A stretch of DNA of 64,000 nt from Candidatus Multivoradales bacterium (GCA_965248925.1 CBDFLE010000006.1:1888001-1952000); one strand, 5' to 3'; positions 1 to 10,000 are shown, counted from the stretch's first letter. A program made the numbers and translations. Notes: generated by a model from the sequence alone, not told the origin.

Positions 1-444
1 CCGCACCTCGCTGTACATGAAGCGCGCATCCTCGGCCGCAACCACCCAATCGTGAGCAGTCGCCAGTCCGCAACCACCCGCAACCGCCGAACCCTGCACC
101 AGCGCCACGGTCAATGCGTCCTGGTAGAGGATGGCGGCAAACAAGTCCCGCAGGCGCTCGGAATCGAGCCGGTCTTCCTCCGCACCGCAGTGGCGCACCT
201 GCTCCAGGTGCTCTAGATCGGCGCCAGCCGAGAAGTGCTTGCCGGCTCCTTGCAACAGCACCGCCCGCACCCCTTCCGCACGCAAGGGGCGGCTGTAGAG
301 ATCAGTGAGCTCGGCAATCATCCGCGGCGCCAGGGCATTGGCCTTGAGAGGATTGTTGAGAGTCACCCACAGCAAGTCGTCGGCCCGCTTTAGCTGCAAG
401 GTGTCGAAAAGGGTCGGACCTAGCTCGGATTGGCTTTCATTCAT
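1..444 (-). CDS. Enoyl-CoA hydratase/isomerase (methylglutaconyl-CoA hydratase-like), 5' part; runs off the left edge
   Basis: Not in the ORF track. Manual translation from ATG 444 gives MNESQSELG...VTLNNPLKANAL...GKHFSAGADLEHL...VQGSAVAGGCGLATAHDWVVAAEDARFMYSEVR, which are crotonase motifs. Divergent from HMG-CoA lyase. Confidence 0.88.
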   Translation of the reverse strand, partial: MNESQSELGPTLFDTLQLKRADDLLWVTLNNPLKANALAPRMIAELTDLYSRPLRAEGVRAVLLQGAGKHFSAGADLEHLEQVRHCGAEEDRLDSERLRDLFAAILYQDALTVALVQGSAVAGGCGLATAHDWVVAAEDARFMYSEVR

Positions 445-705
445 CGTCGGTATCGCTCGCGGCTCTATCCCAATGCTCGCCGCTTGAGGGGTGTCTTTGT
501 TGCACTATTTGGAGATCAAGTCGTGAAATCTGGGGCAGGTTGACGTGCTCTGGGCTCGATGTCAACATGCTTTGGGAGAGCAAGCGCGCGATCGCCTCTG
601 CCGCCGGCCGAGCGACTCGCCATTGGGATTCTCCGCCTCGCGCGGTCCGCCCAGTCCCGACTTGCAACGCTCCCTCAGTCGACCCCGCGATGGAGGATCT
701 AGCAG

Positions 706-1686
706 GTGCCCGCACACTCATCCAGCCGCCAATCTGGCCCGAGCCCGCAGGTGAGAATCTGTGAGATGTCGTTGCGCGATGGCATGCAGGTGCTCAACCA
801 CCAGCTGCGAATCTCCCTCGACGATCGCCTCGAACTGGTCGCGGCGATCGAGAATGCCGGTCTGCCCTACGTCGAAGTAGGTTCCTTCGTCAGCCACAAG
901 GTGATGCCCTCGATGCAGGACACGCCCGAGATGTTAAGGCGGCTGGCTGGACCGGTGGAACGCCGCGCGGTGCTGGTTCCGACCTGGAGGCAATACCAAC
1001 GCGCCCACCAAGCGGGTGGTTTCGGCACCGTCGCGCTGTTGGCGTCGGCCTCGGACTCGTATTCGCGGCTCAACACGCGCATGCCCTGCCGAGACGCACT
1101 GGAAGCCAGCTGCAAGGTGGGCGAGGCCGCGAGCCAGGACGGCTACCGGCTGCGCGCTTACCTGTCCTACGCTTTCCGCGAGATGAAAGACAGCGGCGGA
1201 GGCCAACAGCCGATCGCCCATTTGGTCGCCATCTGCCGCCGGCTGCTGGAGGTGGGTTGCGAGGTGATCGCCCTCTCCGACACCGACGGGCGCGCCACCC
1301 CCCGAGACATCGAACGAGTGATCGGCGGCCTCGGCGAGGCCTTGGGGTTCGCCGCCTTGGGCGTTCATCTCCACGATCGCTATGGCCTGGGCCTGCTCAA
1401 TGCCCACGTTGCCTACCGCGCCGGGGTGCGTAGCTTTGACGCCTCCCTCGGCGGCGTCGGCGGCAACCCAAAGATCGCCTACGCGGTCGGCAATCTAGCC
1501 ACTGAAGAGCTGGTCTTGCTCTTCGATAGCCTCGGCGTCGAGACCGGTATCGACCGGCGGGCGGTACTCGACGCGGCCCTGCGCATCGCCGAAATGATTG
1601 AGCGTACCGGCGCCCCGCCGACCACTTCAAAGCTGCTGCTCAACGCCCTCGCGCGGCAACAGCCCACCGCGGTCGCCAGCCGCTGA
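706..1686 (+). CDS. Hydroxymethylglutaryl-CoA lyase (DRE-TIM metallolyase)
   Basis: Motifs EMSLRDGMQ, EVGSFVS, LSDTDG, VHLHDRYGLG, FDASLGGVGG, GNLATE; GGAGG RBS before GTG 706. Confidence 0.85.
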   Translation: MPAHSSSRQSGPSPQVRICEMSLRDGMQVLNHQLRISLDDRLELVAAIENAGLPYVEVGSFVSHKVMPSMQDTPEMLRRLAGPVERRAVLVPTWRQYQRAHQAGGFGTVALLASASDSYSRLNTRMPCRDALEASCKVGEAASQDGYRLRAYLSYAFREMKDSGGGQQPIAHLVAICRRLLEVGCEVIALSDTDGRATPRDIERVIGGLGEALGFAALGVHLHDRYGLGLLNAHVAYRAGVRSFDASLGGVGGNPKIAYAVGNLATEELVLLFDSLGVETGIDRRAVLDAALRIAEMIERTGAPPTTSKLLLNALARQQPTAVASR

Positions 1687-1735
1687 ACAACACTAGAGCT
1701 GGGAAGTAGCGCTACAGGTTCGCTATCATCTACCG

Positions 1736-2359
1736 ATGAGTACCGCACCAGAAACCGAGAGCGATATTCGTCGCCAACTGCCCTTGTTGGCCTGGACCCC
1801 TGCTTCCTGGGCCGAACTCGCCGCTAGCCAGCTACCGGTCTTCCTCGCCGATCACGCGATCTGCGAGCAGCAAGCCGCGATGTTCGGTCTGTCCTTGATC
1901 GGCAACTACCCTGACGACCCAGATCTGGTAGATGAAATGGGCGCCTTGGCTGCCGAGGAAGTCGCACATCTGCGGCGAGTCACGACACTCATGCGAAAAC
2001 GCGGCTTCAAGCCCGGCAAGAAGCGCAAGAACCCTTGGGTAGCGGGCCTCAGAGGGCATATGCAGACCGATCGTGGGCCACTGCTCAAGGTGGACCGCCT
2101 CTTGGTCGGTGCCTTGATCGAGGCCCGCAGTTGCGAGCGCTTTACTTGCCTCTTGGAGGTGATCAAGGACCGTGATCCCGAAGTCGCCCGACTGCTGCAC
2201 GACCTCGGACCGGCGGAGAAACGCCACTGGCAGATGTTCTACCGCCTCGCCCAACGAGAACTCGAGCAGAAGCAGTTCGCAAGCCGCTGGCAAAGCTGGC
2301 TCGAGCACGAAGCCACGCTCAGCCGCCAAGGTGGCAAGGTAGCCACCGTTCACGGCTAG
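1736..2359 (+). CDS. miaE: tRNA-(ms2io6A37) hydroxylase MiaE (ferritin-like di-iron)
   Basis: DHAICEQQAA, EEVAH, DRLLVGALIEARSCERF, EKRH and C-terminal VHG. Confidence 0.88.
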   Translation: MSTAPETESDIRRQLPLLAWTPASWAELAASQLPVFLADHAICEQQAAMFGLSLIGNYPDDPDLVDEMGALAAEEVAHLRRVTTLMRKRGFKPGKKRKNPWVAGLRGHMQTDRGPLLKVDRLLVGALIEARSCERFTCLLEVIKDRDPEVARLLHDLGPAEKRHWQMFYRLAQRELEQKQFASRWQSWLEHEATLSRQGGKVATVHG

Positions 2360-4077
2360 CTAGCCGCTCTTGAGTTGATGATGGCGAGTGACTTGATCCG
2401 CCGATAGAGAGTTGGGCGGCTGATCTCGAGCCGCTCAGCCGCCGCCGCCGTGTCACCGCGGCACAGCTCTAGGGCGGCGATGATTTCGTCACGTTCGACA
2501 ATCTCCAGAGTTCGCTGCAAAGCTCCACCTGTACCCGCCAGCAAGCCAGCACGCACGCTAGGCCCGAGCCGCGAAGTATCAAGCAGCTCGCCATCCTCCA
2601 GAAACAGCACCGCCCGAGCGATCTCGTTCTTCAATTGGCGAATATTGCCCGGCCAGCGGTATTGGCACAGCTCCCTCAGTGCTGCGCGCGAGATACCGTG
2701 AATACGAACGCAGCAGCGTTGCGCTTCGCGAGCCAAGAAAAGGGCCGCCAGATTGGGGATATCCGCTCGGCGGCGGCGCAGCGGCGGCAGCTCCACTTCC
2801 CAAGTCGCCACCCGGTGGTAGAGATCACTCCGAAAGGTACCGTCGGCGAGCATCCGCTGAATCGGCCGGTTGGTCGCACCAATCACCCGCGCTCGCGCCG
2901 GCCGTGGCCGACTGCCACCGAGGCGAAAAACTTCTTTCTCTTGCAGCGCCCGCAAAATCTTGGCTTGAGTCTCCGCCGACATGTCGCCGATCTCATCGAG
3001 AAAGATGGTGCCGCCATCCGCCAGCTCGAACTTCCCCGGCCGCGCTTCGACACCGGTAGCAACACCCTTCTCAACCCCGAACAATTCGGCTTCCAACAAG
3101 TCGCGGGGAAGAGAAGCACAGTTGATCGCCACCATCGGCTGCGCCGCCCGTGGCGAAGAGCTGTGGATAAAACGTGCCAGCACCTCCTTGCCGGTGCCGG
3201 ACTCGCCGGAGATCAGCACGCCAACATCTCCCCGCGCCACTCGTTCAGCCTGATCGTAGAGCGTTTGCAGCTCGGGCACCACACTGTCGGGCTGCGGCCG
3301 CTGCGCCCGCTTGCCAACCAGCAAGGTTGGCGCCGGCAACTCAGTCTCGTCGATGGGCTGCTGAAGCCGGCCAACCAACGACAGCAGCAAGGCCACACTG
3401 TCGACCAAAGGACGGTAGTGACGACCGTTGGACGGACTCTCGAAAAGCGCTCTGACCCGACAAGGTCCAGCGATGGCCTCGACCCACTCCGAGCTTTCAC
3501 AACCTTCGCGCTCGGCGGCGTACACCACCCCCCGTTCCCCTTTCCAGGTCTCGATCACCTCGACTGCCAACACCGGCAGGGCCTCGAAAAGGGAATAGCC
3601 CACTTGCTGGGCCAGCCGCTGCAAGCTGGCTCCCGAATGCAGCTCTTCGAGCAACCGCGGTAAAAACTCCAGCGAAAAGCGATCCAGCAACCCACAGATC
3701 TCCGTCTGCCCGCCCGGGACCAGGCCGCGACCGTCGGCCTCTGGCAGGGCCGACATCGGTAACACGATGCCCGCTTCCAGGTCCTCGTCGGCGACCTCTT
3801 CGATCAACAGAACCACCCGCCCGATGACAAAGATGTCACCCGGCTCCAGAGTCGCTCGCTCAACCCGCCGCGAGCGCAATAGGGTGCCATTGAGGGAGCC
3901 CAGATCCTCGAGTTCGAAACCGCGGGGACCATGGCTCACCGCCGCATGCCGGCGCGACACCGTGCTATTGGGCAAGCAGATTCCGCAGGTAGGGTCAGAA
4001 CCGATTTCCGTGCGGCCTTCGGCCAGTGTCATCCGTAGCGTTTGTTCGCCGAACTTGGCGACTATTCGATACGCCAT
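2356..4077 (-). CDS. FHA-domain sigma54-dependent transcriptional activator (AAA+, Fis HTH)
   Basis: FHA (IGS..VSRRHA..DLGSLNGT), Walker A GESGTGKE, FLDEIG, WPGNIRQL, C-terminal HTH; GAFTGA loop reads GVATGV. Confidence 0.9.
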   Translation of the reverse strand: MAYRIVAKFGEQTLRMTLAEGRTEIGSDPTCGICLPNSTVSRRHAAVSHGPRGFELEDLGSLNGTLLRSRRVERATLEPGDIFVIGRVVLLIEEVADEDLEAGIVLPMSALPEADGRGLVPGGQTEICGLLDRFSLEFLPRLLEELHSGASLQRLAQQVGYSLFEALPVLAVEVIETWKGERGVVYAAEREGCESSEWVEAIAGPCRVRALFESPSNGRHYRPLVDSVALLLSLVGRLQQPIDETELPAPTLLVGKRAQRPQPDSVVPELQTLYDQAERVARGDVGVLISGESGTGKEVLARFIHSSSPRAAQPMVAINCASLPRDLLEAELFGVEKGVATGVEARPGKFELADGGTIFLDEIGDMSAETQAKILRALQEKEVFRLGGSRPRPARARVIGATNRPIQRMLADGTFRSDLYHRVATWEVELPPLRRRRADIPNLAALFLAREAQRCCVRIHGISRAALRELCQYRWPGNIRQLKNEIARAVLFLEDGELLDTSRLGPSVRAGLLAGTGGALQRTLEIVERDEIIAALELCRGDTAAAAERLEISRPTLYRRIKSLAIINSRAAS

Positions 4078-4330
4078 CTATTGCAATCCCCCTTTCCAAT
4101 CCGCCGATCACAACCCGTCAACCGGTACCCCCTGGACACCGGCTAGCTCTGATCCCAAGAACACAATCCCCGCAAGACGAACGGCTCGATATTCTCACAT
4201 CTGCAAACGGTGCTGTCTCAAAGTTGAGAAAAGAGCTCTGCTCCCCACTACCCGCGGACTAGGCCAAGAGGCGAGAAAGCCAATCAGGAGTTCTAGATAA
4301 GGAGCAAAAACGGTCGGTCGGTCGGAGATC

Positions 4331-4346
4331 GGGCACACCTCTTGCT
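4331..4346 (+). promoter_or_regulatory. Sigma54 (-24/-12) promoter upstream of the subtilase
   Basis: GGGCAC-ACCTC-TTGCT has exact GG-N10-GC spacing (GG 4332-33, GC 4344-45) and lies in the region divergent from a sigma54 activator. Confidence 0.7.
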
Positions 4347-4480
4347 CTACATCCGAAGTGTCCGGAATTCGACCTGTAGATCAGCCGCGGCTGCCGACAC
4401 CTCGGGAGTACCGGAGAAGGGCGTGCCCGCAAGAAAGCGCCTACGGGTCAGTCAACCCACCGCAGAGAGAGGAAAACCGA

Positions 4481-6502
4481 ATGCGATCCAAGATTCTCAT
4501 GACCCTTGCCACTTTGATGGTACTGATGTTGCCGCAGACCCTTTTCGCCCAGGATGTCGTCGCCGCTCCTGGCGTGGAGAAGATCAACAGAGAGCTGCTC
4601 TCTCGCCTGCAGAACAGCCGTAGCAAAGAGATGCATCGGGTGATCGTCACCTTGGCGCCCCTCGACACCGCCGCTGAGCGAGCCACCGCTTTCACCAGCG
4701 CCGCTCGGGAACTCAGCTTGCAGGCCAACATCACTCGCGCCCAAGACGCGGTCCTGCGCAGCCAACGGCGCGGCGATTTGCAGGTGCTTCACCGCTACCA
4801 GACGGTTTACGGTTTCTCGATGCTGGCGACCGACGCCGCCATCCTCGACCTGGCCTCGAACAGCGCTGTCGAGCACCTGGAACTGATGCCGATGCATCAC
4901 AAGATGGACGCCCAAGCCCACGCCATCACCAACGTCGACAATGTTCACTCAAACGGCACCACCGGCGCGGGAGTCACCATCGCCATCATCGACGACGGCA
5001 TCGACCACGACCACGCCGCCTTCGGCGGCTCGACGGCGTGGCCCAACGCCAAAATCCTCGGCGGCTTCGACTTCGCCGACAACGACTCGAACCCCCGCAT
5101 CGACTGCACCAGCCAGAGCCACGGCACCGCCACCACCGGCGTCGCCACTGGCAATGGCGGCGGCATCATCGGTTCGGCCAAGGGCGCCAAAGTGGTGTTC
5201 CTGAAGATCCAGTCGGCTTCGATCTGCGGCCAGAGCGGTCTCGACGGCGACATCATCGGCGCCATCGACTGGGCGGTCGCCAACCGCAACACCTTCTCAC
5301 CGGCGATCAAGATCATTTCGATGAGCCTCGGAGGCGGCCTCTTCTCCGGCAATTGCGACAGCTCCAGCTCGGCCTACGCCACCGCGGTGAACAACGCAGT
5401 CAACGCCGGCATCACCGTCGTTGCCGCCTCCGGCAACGACGGCTCGGCGAGCCAGATTTCTCGCCCAGCTTGCCTGTCGGGGGCAATCGCCGTCGGCGCC
5501 ACCTACGACGCCAACATCGGCGGCGCCAACTTCGGTATCTGCAACGACACCACCACCTCCGCCGACCTGGTGACTTGCTACTCCAACAGCAACGCTTCGA
5601 TCGACATCTTGGCGCCTTCGCATTGCGCCCTCACCGCCCAGGCCGGTGGCGGTCAGAACACCTGCTTCGGCGGCACGTCCTCAGCCACCCCCTACGCTGC
5701 CGGCGTCACCGCGCTGCTCTATGAGACGGACTCCGTCCTGACCCCGAGTGAGGCACGCTCGACCTTGAGTTCAACCGGCGTTGCGATCAGCGACCCGAAG
5801 AACAGCATTAGCAAACCGCGGGTCGACGCTGAGGCAGCGGTGGCCGCGGCTGGTGGTGGTGGCGGAACCGCCGCCCTAACCAATGGCGTGACTGTCTCCA
5901 GTCTCAACGCCAGCACCGGCAACGGCCTGTCCTTCACCCTGGCGGTGCCGGCGGGCGCCTCCGATCTGGTCTTCCAGACTTCCGGCGGTTCCGGCGACGC
6001 CGACCTCTACGTTAAATTCGACAGCGCGCCGACTACCGCCAATTACGACTGCCGTTCTTGGGCCACGGGCAACACCGAGACCTGCACTTTCGCCGCGCCG
6101 AGCGCCGGCACCTACTACGTGCTGCTGCACGCCTACAGCAGCTACAGCGGCACCTCCCTGACCGGCAGTTTCACCCCTCCCGGTAGCGGTGCCCCCTGCA
6201 CTGGCTGCGACCAGTATTCAGGGAGCCTCTCGGGCACCGGCGATTCGGACGTGCAGCCCAACGGCAATTACTACTTCTCCGGCAGCTCGGGCACCCACCA
6301 TGGCTGGCTCGAGGGCCCAGGCGCGGCCGACTTCGATCTCGAGCTCTATCGCTGGACCGGCAGCTGGACCAAGGTCGCCTCATCGGCCAGCGCCAGCTCT
6401 TCGGAAGAGATCAGCTACAACGGCGCCTCGGGCTACTACTACTGGAAGATCCTCTCCTACAGCGGCGGCGGCGGCTACGACTTCTGGCTCGACCGTCCTT
6501 GA
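4481..6502 (+). CDS. Secreted S8 subtilase with propeptide and C-terminal PPC domains
   Basis: Signal peptide from ATG 4481 (GAGG RBS); catalytic triad IIDDG / SHGT / GGTSSATP; PPC repeats GDADLYVKF and DFDLELYRW. Confidence 0.92.
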   Translation: MRSKILMTLATLMVLMLPQTLFAQDVVAAPGVEKINRELLSRLQNSRSKEMHRVIVTLAPLDTAAERATAFTSAARELSLQANITRAQDAVLRSQRRGDLQVLHRYQTVYGFSMLATDAAILDLASNSAVEHLELMPMHHKMDAQAHAITNVDNVHSNGTTGAGVTIAIIDDGIDHDHAAFGGSTAWPNAKILGGFDFADNDSNPRIDCTSQSHGTATTGVATGNGGGIIGSAKGAKVVFLKIQSASICGQSGLDGDIIGAIDWAVANRNTFSPAIKIISMSLGGGLFSGNCDSSSSAYATAVNNAVNAGITVVAASGNDGSASQISRPACLSGAIAVGATYDANIGGANFGICNDTTTSADLVTCYSNSNASIDILAPSHCALTAQAGGGQNTCFGGTSSATPYAAGVTALLYETDSVLTPSEARSTLSSTGVAISDPKNSISKPRVDAEAAVAAAGGGGGTAALTNGVTVSSLNASTGNGLSFTLAVPAGASDLVFQTSGGSGDADLYVKFDSAPTTANYDCRSWATGNTETCTFAAPSAGTYYVLLHAYSSYSGTSLTGSFTPPGSGAPCTGCDQYSGSLSGTGDSDVQPNGNYYFSGSSGTHHGWLEGPGAADFDLELYRWTGSWTKVASSASASSSEEISYNGASGYYYWKILSYSGGGGYDFWLDRP

Positions 6503-6531
6503 GAGAGCAGTAGACAACTAGCCTATTAATC

Positions 6532-6572
6532 GAAAAGCCCGCCCACCCCTATCGGGTCGGCGGGCTTTTCTT
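6532..6572 (+). terminator. Intrinsic terminator, probably bidirectional
   Basis: GAAAAGCCCGCC...GGCGGGCTTTTC stem followed by a T-tract, 30 bp after the subtilase stop. Confidence 0.8.
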
Positions 6573-6758
6573 GTGCAAAGGGCGATCAGCGCCGCGTCTG
6601 GGCGGCGGGGAGGTCTTTGCGCCGGGCGAAGACCAGCCGCCGGCCATCTTCGAAGCGCAACCTCAAGTGGTCGGTTTCGGACACGCCGCGAGACTAGCAG
6701 GTTCTCCCACACCCCCGACCCGACGAGACCAATCCGAGATGCTGATAGGCTGGTCTTC

Positions 6759-7382
6759 ATGGAAGCGATCCGCCAGCAGCGATGGACCTGGGACGACTAC
6801 CGTACCTGGAACGATGACCAGCGCCGCGAGCTGATCGATGGCGAGCCCTACTGCATGTCGCCTGCTCCAAGCAGTCGGCACCAAGTGATCGCGGTCGATC
6901 TCGTCGTACTACTGGCCCAACATTTCAAAGACAAGGTCTGCCGGCCGTTGGTCTCACCGATCGACGTCAAATTGACGGCAAACGACATCGTTCAACCGGA
7001 TCTGCTAGTGGTCTGCGATCCGTCACAGATCCACGAGACTCACATCGAAGGACCACCTGCGCTGATCGTGGAGATTCTCTCACCCTCTTCCGGACGCCAC
7101 GACCGAGTGCGCAAGCTGAATCTCTACGCCCGCTCTGGCGTTGCTGAATACTGGCTGATCCAGCCCTACCCGGCGGTGGTCGAAGTACTACGGCTGGATG
7201 GCGACAGCTACCGCATCGCTGGTGTCTACACTGACCGCGATCACCTCTACAGCCCCACCTTCCCTGAATTGACCCTGGACCTGGCCGAGGTATTCACTCT
7301 GCCGGTTCCCATCGCGGAACGGATCGATGAGATCCGTGAGTCCCTGCCACCGCCCTACGACTCAGGAACGGTCGGAGCTTAG
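6759..7382 (+). CDS. Uma2-family (DUF820) putative endonuclease, copy 1
   Basis: RELIDG..MSPAP...HQ, VQPDLLVVCD, LIVEILSPS, EYWLI; start set by alignment with copy 2. Confidence 0.88.
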   Translation: MEAIRQQRWTWDDYRTWNDDQRRELIDGEPYCMSPAPSSRHQVIAVDLVVLLAQHFKDKVCRPLVSPIDVKLTANDIVQPDLLVVCDPSQIHETHIEGPPALIVEILSPSSGRHDRVRKLNLYARSGVAEYWLIQPYPAVVEVLRLDGDSYRIAGVYTDRDHLYSPTFPELTLDLAEVFTLPVPIAERIDEIRESLPPPYDSGTVGA

Positions 7383-7468
7383 TGCCCCTTTTCCGCAAAC
7401 CGACCACCAGCACAGGCTAAGGCATACCGAGGACAACTGTTTTTCATCTCCGCTCCTACCTTCTCGGC

Positions 7469-8335
7469 TTGCTCTTGCTCTACCTGCTGGCCCCATCTGC
7501 CCAAGCGCAGAGCCCGGCCGCCGCTGTCGCCCCCGAGCACGGCTCTCTGTTGATCGCTGGTGGCGCGGTGAGCGACCCGGCGATCTACCAACGTTTCCTG
7601 GACCTCGCCGGTGGCCCCGATGCGTCGATCGTGGTCATTCCCACCGCTGGCGGCCAAGAGATCTACGATCAAAGCTGGCCTGGGCTAAGCACTTGGCGCC
7701 AAGCAGGTGCAACAAATCTGACGGTATTGCACACCACGCAGCGAAAAGTGGCGATGAACACCGCCTTTGTTGCACCGTTGAAAAAGGCCAGCGGAGTGTG
7801 GTTTTCCGGCGGCCGTCAGTGGCGACTGGCCGATTCCTACCTCGGTACTCGAGTGCATCAAGAAATCCTGGAATTGCTCGATCGTGGCGGCGTGGTAGGC
7901 GGTTCTTCAGCCGGCGCCACTATCCAAGGCTCGTATCTGGCACGCGGCGACAGCCACACCAATACGATCATGATGGGCGATCACGAAGAAGGCTTGGGGT
8001 TGCTGAAAAACGTCGCCATCGATCAGCATTTGCTGGCTCGCAACCGACAGTTTGATCTGCTGGAGATCGTTCGAGCCAAGCCTGAGCTACTCGGCATCGG
8101 TCTCGATGAGAACACCGCCATCGTGGTGCAAGACGGCCTCTTTGAGGTCATCGGCCAAAGCTACGTCGCGATCTACGACAGTCAGCGCCAGATCGACACC
8201 GGGGGCTCGTTCTACTTCCTCGCCGCGGGTGATCGCTTCGACCTCTCCAGCCGCCAGCCCTACCGCTTCAACCGCCGCCTGGAACCCCTAGAACGCGTGG
8301 TCGAGCGCCAGACCCTGCTCGAAGCCAAGCCTTGA
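7469..8335 (+). CDS. Cyanophycinase / S51 peptidase with signal-peptide-like N-terminus
   Basis: GSLLIAGG, VVIPTA, FSGGRQWRL, GGSSAGA nucleophile motif, IDQHLLARNR, GIGLDENTA; start uncertain. Confidence 0.85.
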   Translation: MLLLYLLAPSAQAQSPAAAVAPEHGSLLIAGGAVSDPAIYQRFLDLAGGPDASIVVIPTAGGQEIYDQSWPGLSTWRQAGATNLTVLHTTQRKVAMNTAFVAPLKKASGVWFSGGRQWRLADSYLGTRVHQEILELLDRGGVVGGSSAGATIQGSYLARGDSHTNTIMMGDHEEGLGLLKNVAIDQHLLARNRQFDLLEIVRAKPELLGIGLDENTAIVVQDGLFEVIGQSYVAIYDSQRQIDTGGSFYFLAAGDRFDLSSRQPYRFNRRLEPLERVVERQTLLEAKP

Positions 8336-8413
8336 GCGCAAAGTTCTGAACGGAATCCGCGACCACTTTTGGCATATCGAATCGCGACCATATGGGCTGA
8401 TAGGCTCTTGGCC

Positions 8414-9034
8414 ATGGAAACCGCGCGGCAAGATCGATGGTCGTGGGACGACTATCGCAGCTGGAACGACGATCAGCGCTGGGAGCTGCTCGACGGCGAG
8501 CCCTACTGCATGTCACCCGCTCCGGCCAGCCGGCATCAAGCGATCGCCCTCGATCTCGGCGCACTCCTCACCCAACACTTCAAGAGTAGAGCCTGCCGAC
8601 CGTTCATCGCACCGATCGACCTCAAGCTGACGGCTCACGACATTGTGCAACCGGATCTGTTAGTGGTCTGCGACCCCTCACAGATCCGCGAGACCCACAT
8701 CGACGGGCCACCAGCACTGGTGGTGGAAATCCTCTCGCCCTCGTCCGGGCGCCACGACCGGGTGCGCAAACTGGGCCTCTACGCCCGCTCCGGTGTCACC
8801 GAATATTGGCTGATCCAGCCCTACCCAGCGGTGGTCGAGGTACTTCGATTAGATGGCGACAGTTACCGCATCGCTGGCGTTTACACCGACCGCGACCTCC
8901 TCCTCAGCCCCACCTTCCCCGAGCTGACCCTAGACCTGTCCGAGATCTTCACCCTGCCGGTGCCCGCCGAGGAACGGATCGACGAGGTCCGCGAATCTCC
9001 ACCGCCGCCCTACACGGCCGCGGTGGAAGTCTAG
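8414..9034 (+). CDS. Uma2-family putative endonuclease, copy 2
   Basis: Closely similar paralog of 6759-7382 (shares DGEPYCMSPAP, VQPDLLVVCDPSQI, EYWLIQPYPAVVEVLRLDGDSYRIAGVYTDRD). Confidence 0.88.
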   Translation: METARQDRWSWDDYRSWNDDQRWELLDGEPYCMSPAPASRHQAIALDLGALLTQHFKSRACRPFIAPIDLKLTAHDIVQPDLLVVCDPSQIRETHIDGPPALVVEILSPSSGRHDRVRKLGLYARSGVTEYWLIQPYPAVVEVLRLDGDSYRIAGVYTDRDLLLSPTFPELTLDLSEIFTLPVPAEERIDEVRESPPPPYTAAVEV

Positions 9035-9783
9035 GTTCGGGTCGGGCCAGCTGTCGCTCTACTGCTCTTACCGCCCCGCTTCAACCGCCGCTTTCCAGAA
9101 GTCGAGATGGGCGCGCGGGATGCCTTGCGGCCGAGAAAAATGGTGTGCCGCACACCACCCCGCTGGTGGCCGCGGGCGTTGATCGACCGAGCCTCGAAGC
9201 CAGCTTTACGCAGCCGCTTGACGAATTTCGGATCCTCCTGCGCCGACCACACCGCCAGCACTCCCTCGGGTCGTAGCAGCTGGTGGATTCGCCTCAGCCC
9301 ATCCTCGCCGTAAAGCCGGCCGTTGGAATTCAGGCACCAGGCCGCCGGGCCGTCGTCGACGTCGAGCAAGACAGCATCGTACTCTTGCTCACCCGCCAAC
9401 GACTCCCAAACATCGCCCAGCTGCACCCGCACCCGGCGGTCGGCGAGCAGTTGCCCGTGCAGCTCGACCAGGTAGCGGCGCTGCCACTCGACCACTTCGG
9501 CAAAGTACTCCACGACGACGATCTCGGCCAATACCGGCAGCAGATCGAGTGCCGCGCGCAGGGTAAAACCTAGGCCAAGCCCACCGATCAGCATCCGCGG
9601 CGCCCGGCGTTGGGGCAGATGCTCGCAGCCGAGTTCAGCCAACCGGCGTTCAGAATCAGGCTGCCGAGTCGACATCAGCTCCTCGCCGTCGAGGTAGACG
9701 AAGAAATCCTTACCACGACCGTGCAAAGTCAGATCCTGGCCGTCGGGAGTGGTAACGCTAGCGAGTTTCTGGAAAATCTGCAT
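9031..9783 (-). CDS. Spermidine-synthase-like SAM-dependent methyltransferase-fold protein
   Basis: ELMS, LIGGLGLGFTL, DAVLLDVDDGP, GVLAVWSA; start ATG 9783 (alternative 9819). Confidence 0.75.
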   Translation of the reverse strand: MQIFQKLASVTTPDGQDLTLHGRGKDFFVYLDGEELMSTRQPDSERRLAELGCEHLPQRRAPRMLIGGLGLGFTLRAALDLLPVLAEIVVVEYFAEVVEWQRRYLVELHGQLLADRRVRVQLGDVWESLAGEQEYDAVLLDVDDGPAAWCLNSNGRLYGEDGLRRIHQLLRPEGVLAVWSAQEDPKFVKRLRKAGFEARSINARGHQRGGVRHTIFLGRKASRAPISTSGKRRLKRGGKSSRATAGPTRT

Positions 9784-9790
9784 AGCGAGC

Positions 9791-9952
9791 TTACCGACCG
9801 GGCCGAGAGATTTCCGCATCGTCCTTGCGGCTCACTGTCCGAGCGGCAGCCCGGTAACCCTCGATCACTGCACTAGACGGCACTACGGGTTCCAGCCGTC
9901 CAGCCTGATAGGCCGCGAGGATCTCGTTCTCGTCTGGATCCAGATCAGGCAT
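9791..9952 (-). pseudogene. 53-aa ORF resembling the N-terminal half of a CopG/BrnA-like antitoxin
   Basis: Not in the ORF track. AAGGAG RBS then MPDLDPDENEILAAYQAGRLEPV...YRAAARTVSRKDD; no RHH half. Confidence 0.45.
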
Positions 9953-10000
9953 GGCAATAGCTCCTTGCTGGACAAGTACCGTAGATTCTGGCCGCCTGGC

